This document shows positions 37,501 to 47,302 of a stretch of 64,000 nucleotides of DNA, piece after piece. Position 1 is the first letter of the stretch. Each line of letters begins with the position of its first letter. This DNA is from Candidatus Poribacteria bacterium. GTDB lineage: Bacteria; Poribacteria; WGA-4E; WGA-3G. Under the pieces are notes generated by a model that saw nothing but the letters and a program-made list of their open reading frames with translations, did not search any database and had not been told where the DNA came from. Both the position numbers and the translations under genes were made by a program. The stretch is from contig OZ242325.1 of assembly GCA_965208245.1 (NCBI GenBank), forward strand, positions 2,581,878 to 2,645,877. The letters run 5' to 3'.

Positions 37501-38194
37501 ACTTTTTATTCAACTCTTCTGTATTCAGAATCTTTTCCCATGCATCGTGAAGTGTATCAAAGTTATTAACTTCTTTAGTCTGGATAAGGTTACGGAGGTA
37601 TAGGTCGTAGATGATCTCAATATGGGCACGTATGGGGGTGTTTAGGTTTATATCCTTGATAAGGGTAACTTTCTCTAAGACCTGTTTTGTCTTATCTCGT
37701 TTGTGATGTCTACGGTTGATGATGGCAAGCGAGAGATAATCACCATATCGGAACATCACCATTATTGAATAGGGTGTTTTTCTACATAGGAATCGGGTAA
37801 TGTCCGCGAGTTGGGTACGTGTAAAGGAAGTACCATCAAGTTCTATAGCCACAAACATATAAGATGTTCTGAGGTTTTCGTTTATGCCTATGCTTTCAAA
37901 TAAGAATTGCTGATCAGGTGTTTGTTGCTGCTTTATCTCCTCATCTGTTATTTGGATGATGCGTCTATAGCTTTGCCATTTTTCAATGCAGAACTTCTTA
38001 GATGGATTAGAAGTTTCAAGAGCAGATTCAAGGAGATTGTTATACTTCTCGTTATCTAACGCATCGTTACTAATCCGCTTGCTACGATAGCCGAGGATAT
38101 CTAAGAGTTGTGTTGCAGCATCTCTTATCGGTTGGGTATCAAATTCCTTTAGGACGTTCTCAATTTTCTTCTTAATTGTTACTTCTGAATTCAT
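34550..38194 (-). CDS. Type IIG restriction-modification / PglX-like N6-adenine DNA methyltransferase (1214 aa) with a C-terminal target-recognition domain
   Basis: SAM motif I DPAVGSGAFPMG, motif IV VIGNPPYIQ, and a C-terminal TaqI_C-like TRD (YRGIVTGCNEAFII...IKPFLSGRDIKRF). The roughly 400-aa N-terminal region is of unassigned function. Confidence 0.75.
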   Translation of the reverse strand: MNSEVTIKKKIENVLKEFDTQPIRDAATQLLDILGYRSKRISNDALDNEKYNNLLESALETSNPSKKFCIEKWQSYRRIIQITDEEIKQQQTPDQQFLFESIGINENLRTSYMFVAIELDGTSFTRTQLADITRFLCRKTPYSIMVMFRYGDYLSLAIINRRHHKRDKTKQVLEKVTLIKDINLNTPIRAHIEIIYDLYLRNLIQTKEVNNFDTLHDAWEKILNTEELNKKFYRKLFTWYEWAIETATFPADENRVIKPEEHVIRLITRLLFIWFIKEKGLVADDLFNKAQIQDLLTEDDFDNGDSYYRAVLQNLFFATLNTEIDKREFSKGGNPNHRNFSRYRYKKQMDAPEKLLSLFAQTPFINGGLFDCLDSFKATGEGGYRIDCFSDRQYHKLSIPNPLFFDENRGLIPLLEHCKFTVEENTPIDQEVALDPELLGRVFENLLAAINPETGETARKMTGSYYTPRAIVDYMVEEALVATLSQKCQPTDTNDVAWDERLRYLFDYAKLFDDASEWFDDRETDAIVKTISELKILDPAVGSGAFPMGMLHKLTLALRRLDPDNNRWEALQKELALKRTEIAYDTQDDQTRREELIEIDDTFKRYRDSDFGRKLYLIQNSIFGVDIQPIACQIAKLRFFISLAIEQDPDRDAENFGIKPLPNLETRFVAADTLIGLKEQMTLKSQKASRLEQELRNNREKHFHATTRQQKRACKDKDEKLRAELATELKSLGVFADEADSIAQWDPYDQNAKADWFDSELMFGVTDGFDVVIGNPPYIQLQKEGGRLADIYQDAGFDAFTRMGDIYCLFYERGIRLLTQAGHLCYITSNKWMRAGYGKKLRDYFVTHTQPIQLLDMGPDVFDATVDTNILLLQSSTSLTLAGFEAVTIGTDFDRQINNISRYLIDNGTSMEIPAKGEPWAILSSAELNLKRKIEDVGKPLKDWDVNIYRGIVTGCNEAFIIDEAKREELIQQDPRSAEIIKPFLSGRDIKRFQSQWSRLYLLFIPWHFPLHEDNTISGASQLAEDQFREEHPFVYEHLLEYQNQLSNRNRSEIGIRYEWYAMQRCAKTYYSDFNKEKVVWGNIAYSSSFCYSKPGEFINAPANLLTSQENSIKYLLACMNSKIFNWEFINLGIPLGHAFEWKKQYVELIHVPPITTENRSLVSRIEEKVDQILAAKEDDSNADTTDLENGIDQLVYELYELTPDEIAIVERSA

Positions 38195-38251
38195 AGGTTA
38201 CCTTTAATGCGAAATATGCATAATTTTCTATTAAAGACGGTGTTTGCATGT

Positions 38252-38467
38252 CTACAACTTATAGGTAGCAACTTGGGTTAGATAATTGGCAATATCGGCA
38301 AAAGCGTTAAAGATGGGGAATTCGTCAAAGAAGTCTTGGATGGTACCGGTAAGTTCAAGGGTGCGTTCGCTGCGGTAGCCTATCGTTGCAAGTAGGTTCT
38401 TTGATTTTTCCAGAAAATCGCCGGTTGATAGTGTTTGTAATGCGGATTTGATTGTTTCCAAGTTCAT
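38252..38467 (-). CDS. Small ORF resembling the N-terminus of the adjacent type IIG enzyme (possible gene remnant)
   Basis: MNLETIKSALQTLSTGDFLEKSKNLLATIGYRSER aligns with MNSEVTIKKKIENVLKEFDTQPIRDAATQLLDILGYRSKR of the 1214-aa protein. Confidence 0.35.
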   Translation of the reverse strand: MNLETIKSALQTLSTGDFLEKSKNLLATIGYRSERTLELTGTIQDFFDEFPIFNAFADIANYLTQVATYKL

Positions 38468-38515
38468 AATATAAACAGTACAAACGCGGAATGTGTCCAT
38501 CCTGACTTTTGTAAA

Positions 38516-39022
38516 TCACTTCTCACCGGTTATTTTAAAGTCACCACTTGCGCCGCCCGTTTTCTTGATAAGTTTTATGTCTGAAATGCACATTTCCCTG
38601 TCAACTGCTTTGCACATATCATATACAGTCAGTGCTGCTACCGATACAGCAGTAAGTGCTTCCATCTCCACACCTGTGCGTCCAACAGTTTGTACTTCTG
38701 CTTCAATCTCTATTTTTTTATCAACGATCGTCACATCTACTCGGATTGAGGTAAGATTGAGTGGGTGGCACAACGGTATGAGATCGCTTGTGCGTTTTGC
38801 TGCCATATATCCAGCAAGTCGTGCAACTTCCAAAACATTACCTTTTTTCATCTGTTGTTCCGAAATGAGTCTGAGCGTTTCTGGTTGAGCCGCTACATGT
38901 CCTCTTGCAATAGCTGTACGCAAAGACTGCGGTTTGCTTCCGACATCAACCATCTGTGTTTTTCCTTCTGAGTCAATGTGTGTGAGTTTGCTTTTTCCGT
39001 CAATGTGTGTTGTATGCTTCAT
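38516..39022 (-). CDS. moaC: Cyclic pyranopterin monophosphate synthase accessory protein
   Basis: MoaC family (THID..GKTQMVDV, IPLCHPL, ALTVYDMCKA). Confidence 0.85.
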   Translation of the reverse strand: MKHTTHIDGKSKLTHIDSEGKTQMVDVGSKPQSLRTAIARGHVAAQPETLRLISEQQMKKGNVLEVARLAGYMAAKRTSDLIPLCHPLNLTSIRVDVTIVDKKIEIEAEVQTVGRTGVEMEALTAVSVAALTVYDMCKAVDREMCISDIKLIKKTGGASGDFKITGEK

Positions 39023-39054
39023 AATTCCTGTTACGTTTAGTTAGTACTATCCGG

Positions 39055-40713
39055 TTATAGAGGATTCTCTTTGATAACTTTTTGATATGTGTCTCGAAAT
39101 CGTTGTAGATAATTACCTTCTCCGTGATATGCTGCAATATCAGTAGGTTTAGGTTGAATAAGTACGCCACGTTTTAGGACAGTTTTGCTAAAATCCTCAA
39201 CATTAAAAGATTCACTAGTGTGATCACAATATGCTTTCACGCCTGCTACAGCAGCACCGAGAGCCGCGCCACCCTTTTCTACCGAGACTATAGGTCTATT
39301 CCAAATACCTGCAACCCTTCGCATTATTTCCGGACTATCTGTTGCACCACCAGTAACATGTAACGGTTCTTGAGTCTGTTTTGTCGTCTTATATGTAAAG
39401 GCTTGCGAATAAACATATACTGCTGCAAGACTTGTCTCAATTACACCTGCGTAATCCTCAGCTAAATTATATGTATCTGTTTGGGCTTTTCGTATCAGTT
39501 CAAAAGCACCAGAGACAGGAAAGGATTCAGTCTTCGGTTGCCAGAATGCCATGTATTGTCCTGGTGAAACATTTTGTAATGCTGTCTCTGCCGGTTCGTA
39601 TTCCTCTTTGGTTAATCCGTAGTGACTTCTGACAGTATCCCAGACCATAGCACCGTTGGTTCGGCATCCAAACATAAATGGACGTCCAATTCCATCGTAC
39701 ATGGCATTTGCATAACCTTCTGGGTCAAGTGTATTACCATCTGTAGATACCATATTGACAAAACTTGTTCCGAGGCTGAGTAGGTCTCCAGCAACTGGTA
39801 CTTTCGCCTGCGGATTATCACCTGATCCTGCAACGATTGTGCAATCATCTGAAAACCCGTATTTTTCCACGAAGTACTTTGCAATATTCCCCACAACGGT
39901 ATCCGGTGGCGCGAGTTCCGGTAGTTTCCGCTGTAATTCCTCTGCTCCACCTGATATACCAGCAGCAGTAGCTGCAATCAACTTGCTGTCCCATTGCTTT
40001 TTCCGATAGTTCATGAGTGACATACCACATGCATTTCCCGTATCAATCGGAACTAATGGATTGGCTGTTAGAACTGCTGGTATAAAACTACTGATAAGTT
40101 GTATTTTTTCTGTTGCTGCATATGCGTCAGGAGATTGTTCAGCGACACGTCGGATAACCGCACCCGAAAACCGCAGCGGGGCATCCGAACCGGACAGTTC
40201 AATCATCTCTCTTTTTCCACCGACTGCTTCTCGCACATGAGCAGCCTGTGTTAAGGTATTTGCTGTCATCCATATCGGTGCGGTGAAATAGGAGAAGACA
40301 CCCGCTAATAACGTTTTTAATTCTAATGTACTACTTTCTGCTCTAAGCAGGTTGGAGAAAATAATCGAGAGATTCTTGTTCAGATACACATGACCGTGTT
40401 GCTGCCCTGATGTATTAATAGCAACTATATCCTCTAACGCAACATCTGCATTTCGCAGATCAGCAAACATTGCATCAAGCGATGCAAGATACATCAACGG
40501 GGGTTGGTCGGTTTCACCTGCAGCCATTGAATGACGCGGAGGTAAGATATAATCTTCTCCTATACCGAAGCAATTGGTGCGTTCATCTGCGCGATAGTCA
40601 ATAGCGTGCTCAAAACACTTTTCTGCAGAGTCAATATCTATGACGATTGCAGATAGGCTCTGTGTGCTTGAATCTAAACCGAGGACAAGTCGTCTGTTTT
40701 TTTCGTCATTCAC
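39055..40713 (-). CDS. FGGY-family carbohydrate kinase (ribulo-/xylulokinase-like)
   Basis: FGGY N-terminal motif (LVLGLDSSTQS), GQQHG, and FGGY C-terminal GGATDSPEIMRRVAGIWNRPI. Confidence 0.6.
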   Translation of the reverse strand: MNDEKNRRLVLGLDSSTQSLSAIVIDIDSAEKCFEHAIDYRADERTNCFGIGEDYILPPRHSMAAGETDQPPLMYLASLDAMFADLRNADVALEDIVAINTSGQQHGHVYLNKNLSIIFSNLLRAESSTLELKTLLAGVFSYFTAPIWMTANTLTQAAHVREAVGGKREMIELSGSDAPLRFSGAVIRRVAEQSPDAYAATEKIQLISSFIPAVLTANPLVPIDTGNACGMSLMNYRKKQWDSKLIAATAAGISGGAEELQRKLPELAPPDTVVGNIAKYFVEKYGFSDDCTIVAGSGDNPQAKVPVAGDLLSLGTSFVNMVSTDGNTLDPEGYANAMYDGIGRPFMFGCRTNGAMVWDTVRSHYGLTKEEYEPAETALQNVSPGQYMAFWQPKTESFPVSGAFELIRKAQTDTYNLAEDYAGVIETSLAAVYVYSQAFTYKTTKQTQEPLHVTGGATDSPEIMRRVAGIWNRPIVSVEKGGAALGAAVAGVKAYCDHTSESFNVEDFSKTVLKRGVLIQPKPTDIAAYHGEGNYLQRFRDTYQKVIKENPL

Positions 40714-41401
40714 TGAAAAGAGTTCCCTTCAAACTGATAGTTTAGATTTAGGAGTGTATATTCCATTTTTTAGCGACATTCGGTTTTTCTTTCCATTTTA
40801 AATACAAGGACTGCCGAATTTTGCCCATTGCAGATATTTTTTGACATAGACAAGTCTCTGACAAGCGAAATCCCTTCTCAAAGTTGGTTATTTGCATCCG
40901 AAAAGTGTTTTCAGTTCTGAGTTTTTATATGGTTTTAGAGTATCATGTTATATGCAACTTTAGGTCTTGAAACTAAATATCTCATCATATCCTTTATACG
41001 CGTCATTCCTTTAGTTCATAGGACAGATAATGCGGTATTTCGTGGTTTTTGTCGCTGATACCTCGCTGTGTGAGTGTCCAACCTATCTCGTGGGAAACGA
41101 CAGAGAGTAAGTGGCTTGTTTCTGCTCCACTCTTGAGAGACGCACACATTATTTTGCCATCATTTAATATAAATTAAAATTTAAACCTTTTAGATAAAGG
41201 TTTAAGGTGAAGTATAGCAGATATAGCGAAATAAATCACGCTATATCTGCTTATTTTTAAATATTAACGATTGTGACAAAATATGACCAAAATACCTAAA
41301 ACTGAAAAACCTTGTGCCATTTCAGATTCATCTTGACAAAAAAAACGCTATACTGTAAAGTATCAACAGATCTAATGCTGTCAATTAAGGAAACACAGTG
41401 T

Positions 41402-42196
41402 ATGAAAATTACAATATTAGGTTCAGGAACTTCAACAGGTGTACCTGAATACAGATGTGAATGTGAGACATGTACAGATTCAATGCAGAACGGATCAAAA
41501 AACTACCGAACACGTTCATCCATACATATTGAAAAGGATGGTAAACATCTACAGTTCGACCTAGGTCCAAACTTCATGGATCAGATAAATAAAAATAAAA
41601 TTGATTGGATAGATGCTGTCATCTATACCCACTGTCATTCTGATCATATCAGTGGCACAAACGATATTGTGATGCCATGTCGTAAACAACAAGTGGATAT
41701 GCCTATCTATGGACCTGAACAAACCATAAAAATACTTCAACGCAATTACGACTATATGTTCATAAAAGAGACATTTCAAGGTGGCGGTGTCGGACACCTG
41801 ATACCGAATGTCATAGAAAACAAGTTTCAACTCCACGGTTTTGACATAACACCTATTCCTGTAGAACATAGTACTATGGACACCTTCGGATATAGAATTG
41901 ATGATTTTGGATATCTGCCTGATGTAAAATCGTTACCAGAAACATCTCAAGCTATGCTGGAAGGGATAGAGGTCTTAATAATTGATGCCTTGAGTTTTAA
42001 TCCAAGACATCCTACACATCAGTCAGTTGGTCAAGCCTTAGAAATTAGTTATGCACTGAAACCGAAACAGACCTATTTTACACATATCATGCATCGGCTT
42101 GATCATCGGTATTTTAAGGATCAGTGTGCTGAACAGGACATTGAACTTCCTGACAATGCATACCTCGCCTATGATGGTCAAGTAATTGTGTTGTAA
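41402..42196 (+). CDS. MBL-fold metallo-hydrolase (PhnP/YhfI-like)
   Basis: MKITILGSGTS...THCHSDHISG beta-lactamase-fold motif. Confidence 0.65.
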   Translation: MKITILGSGTSTGVPEYRCECETCTDSMQNGSKNYRTRSSIHIEKDGKHLQFDLGPNFMDQINKNKIDWIDAVIYTHCHSDHISGTNDIVMPCRKQQVDMPIYGPEQTIKILQRNYDYMFIKETFQGGGVGHLIPNVIENKFQLHGFDITPIPVEHSTMDTFGYRIDDFGYLPDVKSLPETSQAMLEGIEVLIIDALSFNPRHPTHQSVGQALEISYALKPKQTYFTHIMHRLDHRYFKDQCAEQDIELPDNAYLAYDGQVIVL

Positions 42197-42233
42197 TTTT
42201 AGGGACATATAGTTATCGGTCTTTCATAAATAG

Positions 42234-42299
42234 ATCGGCAAAAAAAAAAATCGGCACCACACCAATTAAAGTTGTATTAAAGTTGATGCCGATTTTTTT
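42234..42299. terminator. Bidirectional rho-independent-like terminator between convergent genes (A10 - stem AATCGGCA/TGCCGATT - T7)
   Basis: A run of 10 A, an 8-bp stem with a large loop, then a run of 7 T, between the MBL gene (+) and the HlyD-like gene (-). Confidence 0.5.
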
Positions 42300-42328
42300 A
42301 TCAGGAACTTTATCTTTTTTAATCTAAT

Positions 42329-44215
42329 TTATCTACCCCATTCGTTCTGTGATCTTTGACGACGTTGCAGGATGACTCTATCTCCATCGGTGATACCACT
42401 CTTGATGATCACTTCAGTTTCGTTTTGCATACCTGTCTCAATAGGCGTTTCAATACCTGCACTCCCATTACCTTTGTCTAACATGACGAACTTACCCTTA
42501 GTGACAGTAATTTGGGCTGGGACACCGTCCGCTTTTTTATCATCATTGATCAAAAGTGAAACAGTTGCAGGACCTGGCATAATACCGCGTTGTTTCGGAT
42601 CTAATTCTAAAGTTACACTACCATTCCCAACACTTTGGACTGTGCCGTAGAATATTTTATCGCTGATAGTCTGCATATCTACTTTTCTACCAACTTTGAA
42701 GGGAGATGTGTCCCCGACTTGAGTAACGACGGTAGCAGAATTTTTCGAAATAACCGCATCAATCGGAATCACTAAAACGTTCTTTTCTTCATACGTAATA
42801 ATGTCTACATCAGCACTCATTCCGGGTCGGATGTTACCAGAGGTGTCATTAACCTCAATCATCACCTCAAAAGAGATGATGTTATCCTGTTGCTGACCGC
42901 TTGGAGAAATCTCATACACATTACCTGTAAATTTCTGATTCTGAAATGCATCAATCTTGATATTCGCTGTTTGTCCTTCCTCAAGTCTTTCCATATCAAC
43001 TTCGTTTATAAAAGTTTTGACGACCATTTTTGAGAGATCGGCGATTGTCATTATCGGTGGACTTTGTGAAAATGCGGAACGGCCAGATGTAACAATCTCA
43101 CCTTCTTCTATGACGAGTTGTGTAACTGTGCCAGACATCGGTGCTTTAATGACAGTCCATTCAAGACGTTCCTCCTGATTCTTCAAAGTGCTCTGCCTAC
43201 GGAGAAGATTCGCATCCGCACTCACTTTTGATTGCTCAGTCAACAACTTCTCATTATTAATAGTCAGATTGAGTTCCTGTAACTGCGTAATTGCGTTATC
43301 CAAACGAATCTGACTCTCCTCTTCGGACTTTCTCCGCATCTTCTTTAGATTCTCTAAACTCAATTGCTGATATGATAGTTGGGATTGGCGAGTTTTTATG
43401 CCTGTTTCACGCGCAAGAATAGTACGATCTTGCGAGGCTATTGTTTTCTTTTGAGATTCTACACGTTTATTTGCATTCTTGTATTGTGAGTCAGCACTTA
43501 CGTAACGAGATTCCGCATCTTCCAATGTCTGTTTGGATACAAGCTCACTCTCGTAGAGAGACTTATTCCTATCAAACTCTGACTTGGCTGTATCTACGGA
43601 AACTTTAGCAGATGCAAGCGATGTTTCGTATTCTGCAAGCGTTAAATTAGCTTGATCAAGCGCAATATTCGCTTGTTCTAAAGCGATCTTATCCTGGTCT
43701 AACTCATTCATTGTTGCTTGTAGATTGGTTTCTGCATTGCTAACTTGTGTAAGAGTAGTTGCTTTCTCCGTTTCAAGATTAGCTCTGGCGATTTTTACTG
43801 CAGCTTCTTTCTGAGTAAGGTCACTGTTTAGACGTTCTTTCTTGAGTTCAATATTTAATTTTGCCTGCATCAATTGTGCTTCTGCAGCATCAACATCAGC
43901 CTTTGCTTGCTTCTGCTCCTCCTGATATATCTCTGGATCAAGCCTAACTAATATATCACCCTCTTTGACAAAGTCGCCGTCTTTGACAAGTAATTCAACG
44001 ACTTCACCCTCAACGTTTGATTTAACCTCCACATCAAGAAGAGGTTCAAGATTCCCAGTTGCACGGATCGTCATATGAAAATCATCACGTTTTGCAACTT
44101 CAATCTTCTGAGCAGGTCCTGTTGAGACACCGTTCTTACCACGGCTCAGAACAACCCAGCCTACCGCACCAATAAGTATGACGATGGTACCTACTGTAAT
44201 AATTAATTTTTTCAA
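42329..44215 (-). CDS. HlyD/MacA-like periplasmic adaptor (membrane fusion protein) with a very long coiled coil
   Basis: N-terminal TM anchor, biotinyl-lipoyl and beta-barrel segments, and a coiled-coil hairpin of about 250 aa. Confidence 0.7.
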   Translation of the reverse strand: MKKLIITVGTIVILIGAVGWVVLSRGKNGVSTGPAQKIEVAKRDDFHMTIRATGNLEPLLDVEVKSNVEGEVVELLVKDGDFVKEGDILVRLDPEIYQEEQKQAKADVDAAEAQLMQAKLNIELKKERLNSDLTQKEAAVKIARANLETEKATTLTQVSNAETNLQATMNELDQDKIALEQANIALDQANLTLAEYETSLASAKVSVDTAKSEFDRNKSLYESELVSKQTLEDAESRYVSADSQYKNANKRVESQKKTIASQDRTILARETGIKTRQSQLSYQQLSLENLKKMRRKSEEESQIRLDNAITQLQELNLTINNEKLLTEQSKVSADANLLRRQSTLKNQEERLEWTVIKAPMSGTVTQLVIEEGEIVTSGRSAFSQSPPIMTIADLSKMVVKTFINEVDMERLEEGQTANIKIDAFQNQKFTGNVYEISPSGQQQDNIISFEVMIEVNDTSGNIRPGMSADVDIITYEEKNVLVIPIDAVISKNSATVVTQVGDTSPFKVGRKVDMQTISDKIFYGTVQSVGNGSVTLELDPKQRGIMPGPATVSLLINDDKKADGVPAQITVTKGKFVMLDKGNGSAGIETPIETGMQNETEVIIKSGITDGDRVILQRRQRSQNEWGR

Positions 44216-44382
44216 AGTCCTAACCTCCTAATATTCAACGGTATACGTGATAACACTCACCTATCAGATATCCGTTTCTAGTAGGGCAATTCATTATCCC
44301 TCTCACCAAGATGCATCCTAATGTTATTTAGGTTTTACTATGCATTCAATCTCACTAGTGCTTTGTCAAGTTCCTTTTTGTG

Positions 44383-44463
44383 TGTCGGGTAGAGCGTAGC
44401 GAAACCCGACATGATAGTTTTAATCAACATGCGTCGGGTTTCGCTACGCTCTACCCGACCTAC
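44383..44463. mobile_element. MITE-like element variant nested inside an additional 17-bp inverted repeat (cactagtgctttgtca)
   Basis: gtcgggtagagcgtagcgaaacccgac ... gtcgggtttcgctacgctctacccgacctac, flanked by cactagtgctttgtcaag / ctgacaaagcactagtg. Confidence 0.7.
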
Positions 44464-44490
44464 GAAGAAAACCTGACAAAGCACTAGTGT

Positions 44491-45807
44491 TTAATCCGAT
44501 CGCAATGCTTCAACTGGCGTTAATTTGGCTGCCTTATGAGCAGGATACAGACCGAAAAACACACCGATACCAACCGATACAATCAAGGCAATGAACATTG
44601 TTTCAAATGAAACAACTGATGGCCAGTTGCTATCTTCCCATACAAATTTTGAAATGAGAACTGCTGTCCCTTTCCCCATAAAAATACCCAAGATTGACCC
44701 AAGAATACCACCGGCCAATGTTAAGACAGATGCTTCAATAAGAAACTGTGTGATGATATCATTGAAAGTTGCCCCGAGTGCTTTACGTAGTCCTATCTCC
44801 TGTGTCCGGTCAGTAACAGACACAAGCATGATATTCATTACACCAATCCCAGCAACCATCAACGCAATACCTGCAATACCACCCATCAAAGCTTTCATGA
44901 CCAAGCCAACTTTATTAGCAGTCGCTAATTCCTCGGTTGCTGTCCAATAGTTATATTCTTCACCTGTGTTCTTATGTATCCTACCTAATATCAATTTGGC
45001 TTCATCGATAACTTGAGGAATAGTATCAACATCAATGGCTTCTACACGTATCCGTTCTACATCTTGTCTTCCCTTAAACCGATCTTGTAGGGTCGTTATT
45101 GGTATAATGAACCGATCATCCCAACCTGTTGTATCCATCGCGTCACCCTTCTCTTCCATAACACCGATAACCCTAAGGCGCACTTCGTAGAGACCACTTC
45201 TTCCTCTCCAGAAAGATGGTCGTGATGCTTTGATTTCTTTCCCTATAGGGTCTTTATTGAGAAATACCTCTTCAGCAATTTTTGAGCCGATGACTGCAAC
45301 ACTACTTGCTGATTCTACTTCATGTTCATTAAAAAATCTACCCATTGAGGTATACCAGTTATAGGATCTATCATACCCGGCAGTTGACGCGACAATACGA
45401 GATTCCTTTTTTCGTCCTTTATAACTAACACGCCATCCTGGCATATCATCTTCAGCAATTACATTTATGACACCGCTTGCGTTCTTCCATATTTCAAAAG
45501 CGTCGTCAGTTTCCAGATGTTCGGCACGGTTTCTACGCCAACGACTTTTGCCTCGCACTGCTTCCCCTGCTGCCCGACTTAATGTGCCGGATTGTCTGTC
45601 CCAATCATCCTTATAAATCTCAATGATTTTTGTCCCACCAGTACGTTCAATCTCACGCAGTACCATTGCAGATGAACCGTCCCCCACAGAAACCATACTC
45701 ACTACAGAACCGACACCGACAATTATACCTAAAATGGTTAAACTTGAACGAAGTGGATTCCGCTTCAGACTAGTAATTCCTAAGATAATACATTCAAAAA
45801 GACTCAT
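44491..45807 (-). CDS. MacB/FtsX-like ABC transporter permease (periplasmic core domain plus 4 TM; no ATPase domain)
   Basis: N-terminal TM, MacB_PCD-like periplasmic domain, and the C-terminal FtsX 3-TM bundle. Confidence 0.75.
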   Translation of the reverse strand: MSLFECIILGITSLKRNPLRSSLTILGIIVGVGSVVSMVSVGDGSSAMVLREIERTGGTKIIEIYKDDWDRQSGTLSRAAGEAVRGKSRWRRNRAEHLETDDAFEIWKNASGVINVIAEDDMPGWRVSYKGRKKESRIVASTAGYDRSYNWYTSMGRFFNEHEVESASSVAVIGSKIAEEVFLNKDPIGKEIKASRPSFWRGRSGLYEVRLRVIGVMEEKGDAMDTTGWDDRFIIPITTLQDRFKGRQDVERIRVEAIDVDTIPQVIDEAKLILGRIHKNTGEEYNYWTATEELATANKVGLVMKALMGGIAGIALMVAGIGVMNIMLVSVTDRTQEIGLRKALGATFNDIITQFLIEASVLTLAGGILGSILGIFMGKGTAVLISKFVWEDSNWPSVVSFETMFIALIVSVGIGVFFGLYPAHKAAKLTPVEALRSD

Positions 45808-45818
45808 ACGCTCCCCGA

Positions 45819-47138
45819 TTACTCTATTCGTAACGCTTCAATTGGTGATAGTGAAGATGCCTTGAGTGCCGGATAGAGACCGAAAGATACTCCGATCAAT
45901 GCAGAGAAAGAAACAGAGATAAACACCCATTGCATGGAAATCACAGAAGGCCATTCAGGTACCATTTTAACGATATTCACAGCCAGAACTGACATCGCTT
46001 CCCCAGCAAGCATGCCTACACCAACACCTATTGCACCACCGATCAGACACATTGCAATTGATTCAATCAAAAACTGTAACATTATATCAAAACGTTTTGC
46101 CCCGAGTGCTTTCCGCAAACCGATCTCTCGGGTACGTTCAGTTACTGCAACCAACATCATGTTCATAATCCCTATGCCACCAACAAGCAGTGAAAATCCT
46201 GCAATACTCCCCAACGCAATTTTGATAACCTTACTAATCTTCTCTAATTGCGCCATACCTTCCCGCATATCCCTGAGATCAAAAAAATCATCCTGATTAT
46301 TGTGCCGTCTTCTGATTACATCCTTTACTTCTTCAATTGCCTTCGGTACATCCTCTACTGTGTTTGCATGTACAGATAGCATTGAAATGTAATCGTTGCC
46401 AGTGAAACGTTCTTGTACAGTTGTGAGCGGCATAAACACCATATCGTCAAGGTTCCATCCAAATCGTAGACTTCTACCTCGTGGATTCATGACACCAATA
46501 ACGGTAAATCGTTCAGCGATACGTGTTCGATCTCTTCTACCCCACCTGTCATATCTGTTGCCACCTCTACCGATCTTTATTTCCTTGTCTAAAGGCGATT
46601 CGTTACCGAAAAGATTCAATGCGACTTCAGTGCCGATAACACAAACTTTCTCTTTATTTTCAATATCTTCCGCTGAAATGAACCTACCTTCCTGAACTCC
46701 CCATTCCATTGCCTCGGAAAATGTATAATTTACCCCGTTATAGCCACTACGCACTTCAGCACCATCATTCGTCTGAATGAGAACGCCTCGCCATTCAGGT
46801 ATTCTAGGGACAGCAACTTTCACAGAGGGACATTCAGCCTCAATAGCTAAGACATCCTCATACTCAAAGTGCTCATTGCTTCTGTTTGGCATCCACCGAC
46901 TGCCAACACGTTTATAACTGCTGCGAAACATAGTGAACTGATTAACCCCACCCAACTTCTGAGCATCTTGTAATACAATCTCTTTAGCACCATCTCCTAT
47001 AGATATCATTGCAAGAACCGAAGCTACACCGATGATAATACCCAACATAGTGAGTAAAGACCTGAGTTTGTTACTTCGGATTGCAGTAAGTCCTACAAAG
47101 AACCCTTCAAATATGCACATTTCATGTCTCCAAATCAT
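45819..47138 (-). CDS. MacB/FtsX-like ABC transporter permease, paralog
   Basis: Same architecture as the downstream permease. Confidence 0.75.
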   Translation of the reverse strand: MIWRHEMCIFEGFFVGLTAIRSNKLRSLLTMLGIIIGVASVLAMISIGDGAKEIVLQDAQKLGGVNQFTMFRSSYKRVGSRWMPNRSNEHFEYEDVLAIEAECPSVKVAVPRIPEWRGVLIQTNDGAEVRSGYNGVNYTFSEAMEWGVQEGRFISAEDIENKEKVCVIGTEVALNLFGNESPLDKEIKIGRGGNRYDRWGRRDRTRIAERFTVIGVMNPRGRSLRFGWNLDDMVFMPLTTVQERFTGNDYISMLSVHANTVEDVPKAIEEVKDVIRRRHNNQDDFFDLRDMREGMAQLEKISKVIKIALGSIAGFSLLVGGIGIMNMMLVAVTERTREIGLRKALGAKRFDIMLQFLIESIAMCLIGGAIGVGVGMLAGEAMSVLAVNIVKMVPEWPSVISMQWVFISVSFSALIGVSFGLYPALKASSLSPIEALRIE

Positions 47139-47260
47139 TAAAAGAGAATACTTTTACACACAAGCTATTAGACAGAAATAAGCAGAAAAGGTTCGTCCTG
47201 ATAACAGGGAAAGACCAAAGTATGTGAGATTAGAATGTGTACTACTATGGTGAAATTTGA

Positions 47261-47302
47261 AAATAATTATACAAAAATAATTATACAAAAATAATTATAC
47301 AC
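47261..47302. repeat. 14-bp tandem repeat, 3 copies (aaataattatacaa)
   Basis: Exact tandem copies in an AT-rich intergenic region. Confidence 0.8.

Noticed and set aside
40730-41400. A 670-bp intergenic region with two hairpins (agcagatatagcg...cgctatatctgct and ttaaaccttt...aaaggtttaa). It was considered as an sRNA or riboswitch.
   Set aside because: No recognisable riboswitch consensus, and the downstream gene (an MBL-fold hydrolase) has no known riboswitch class. Probably terminators or a promoter region; flagged only as low priority.
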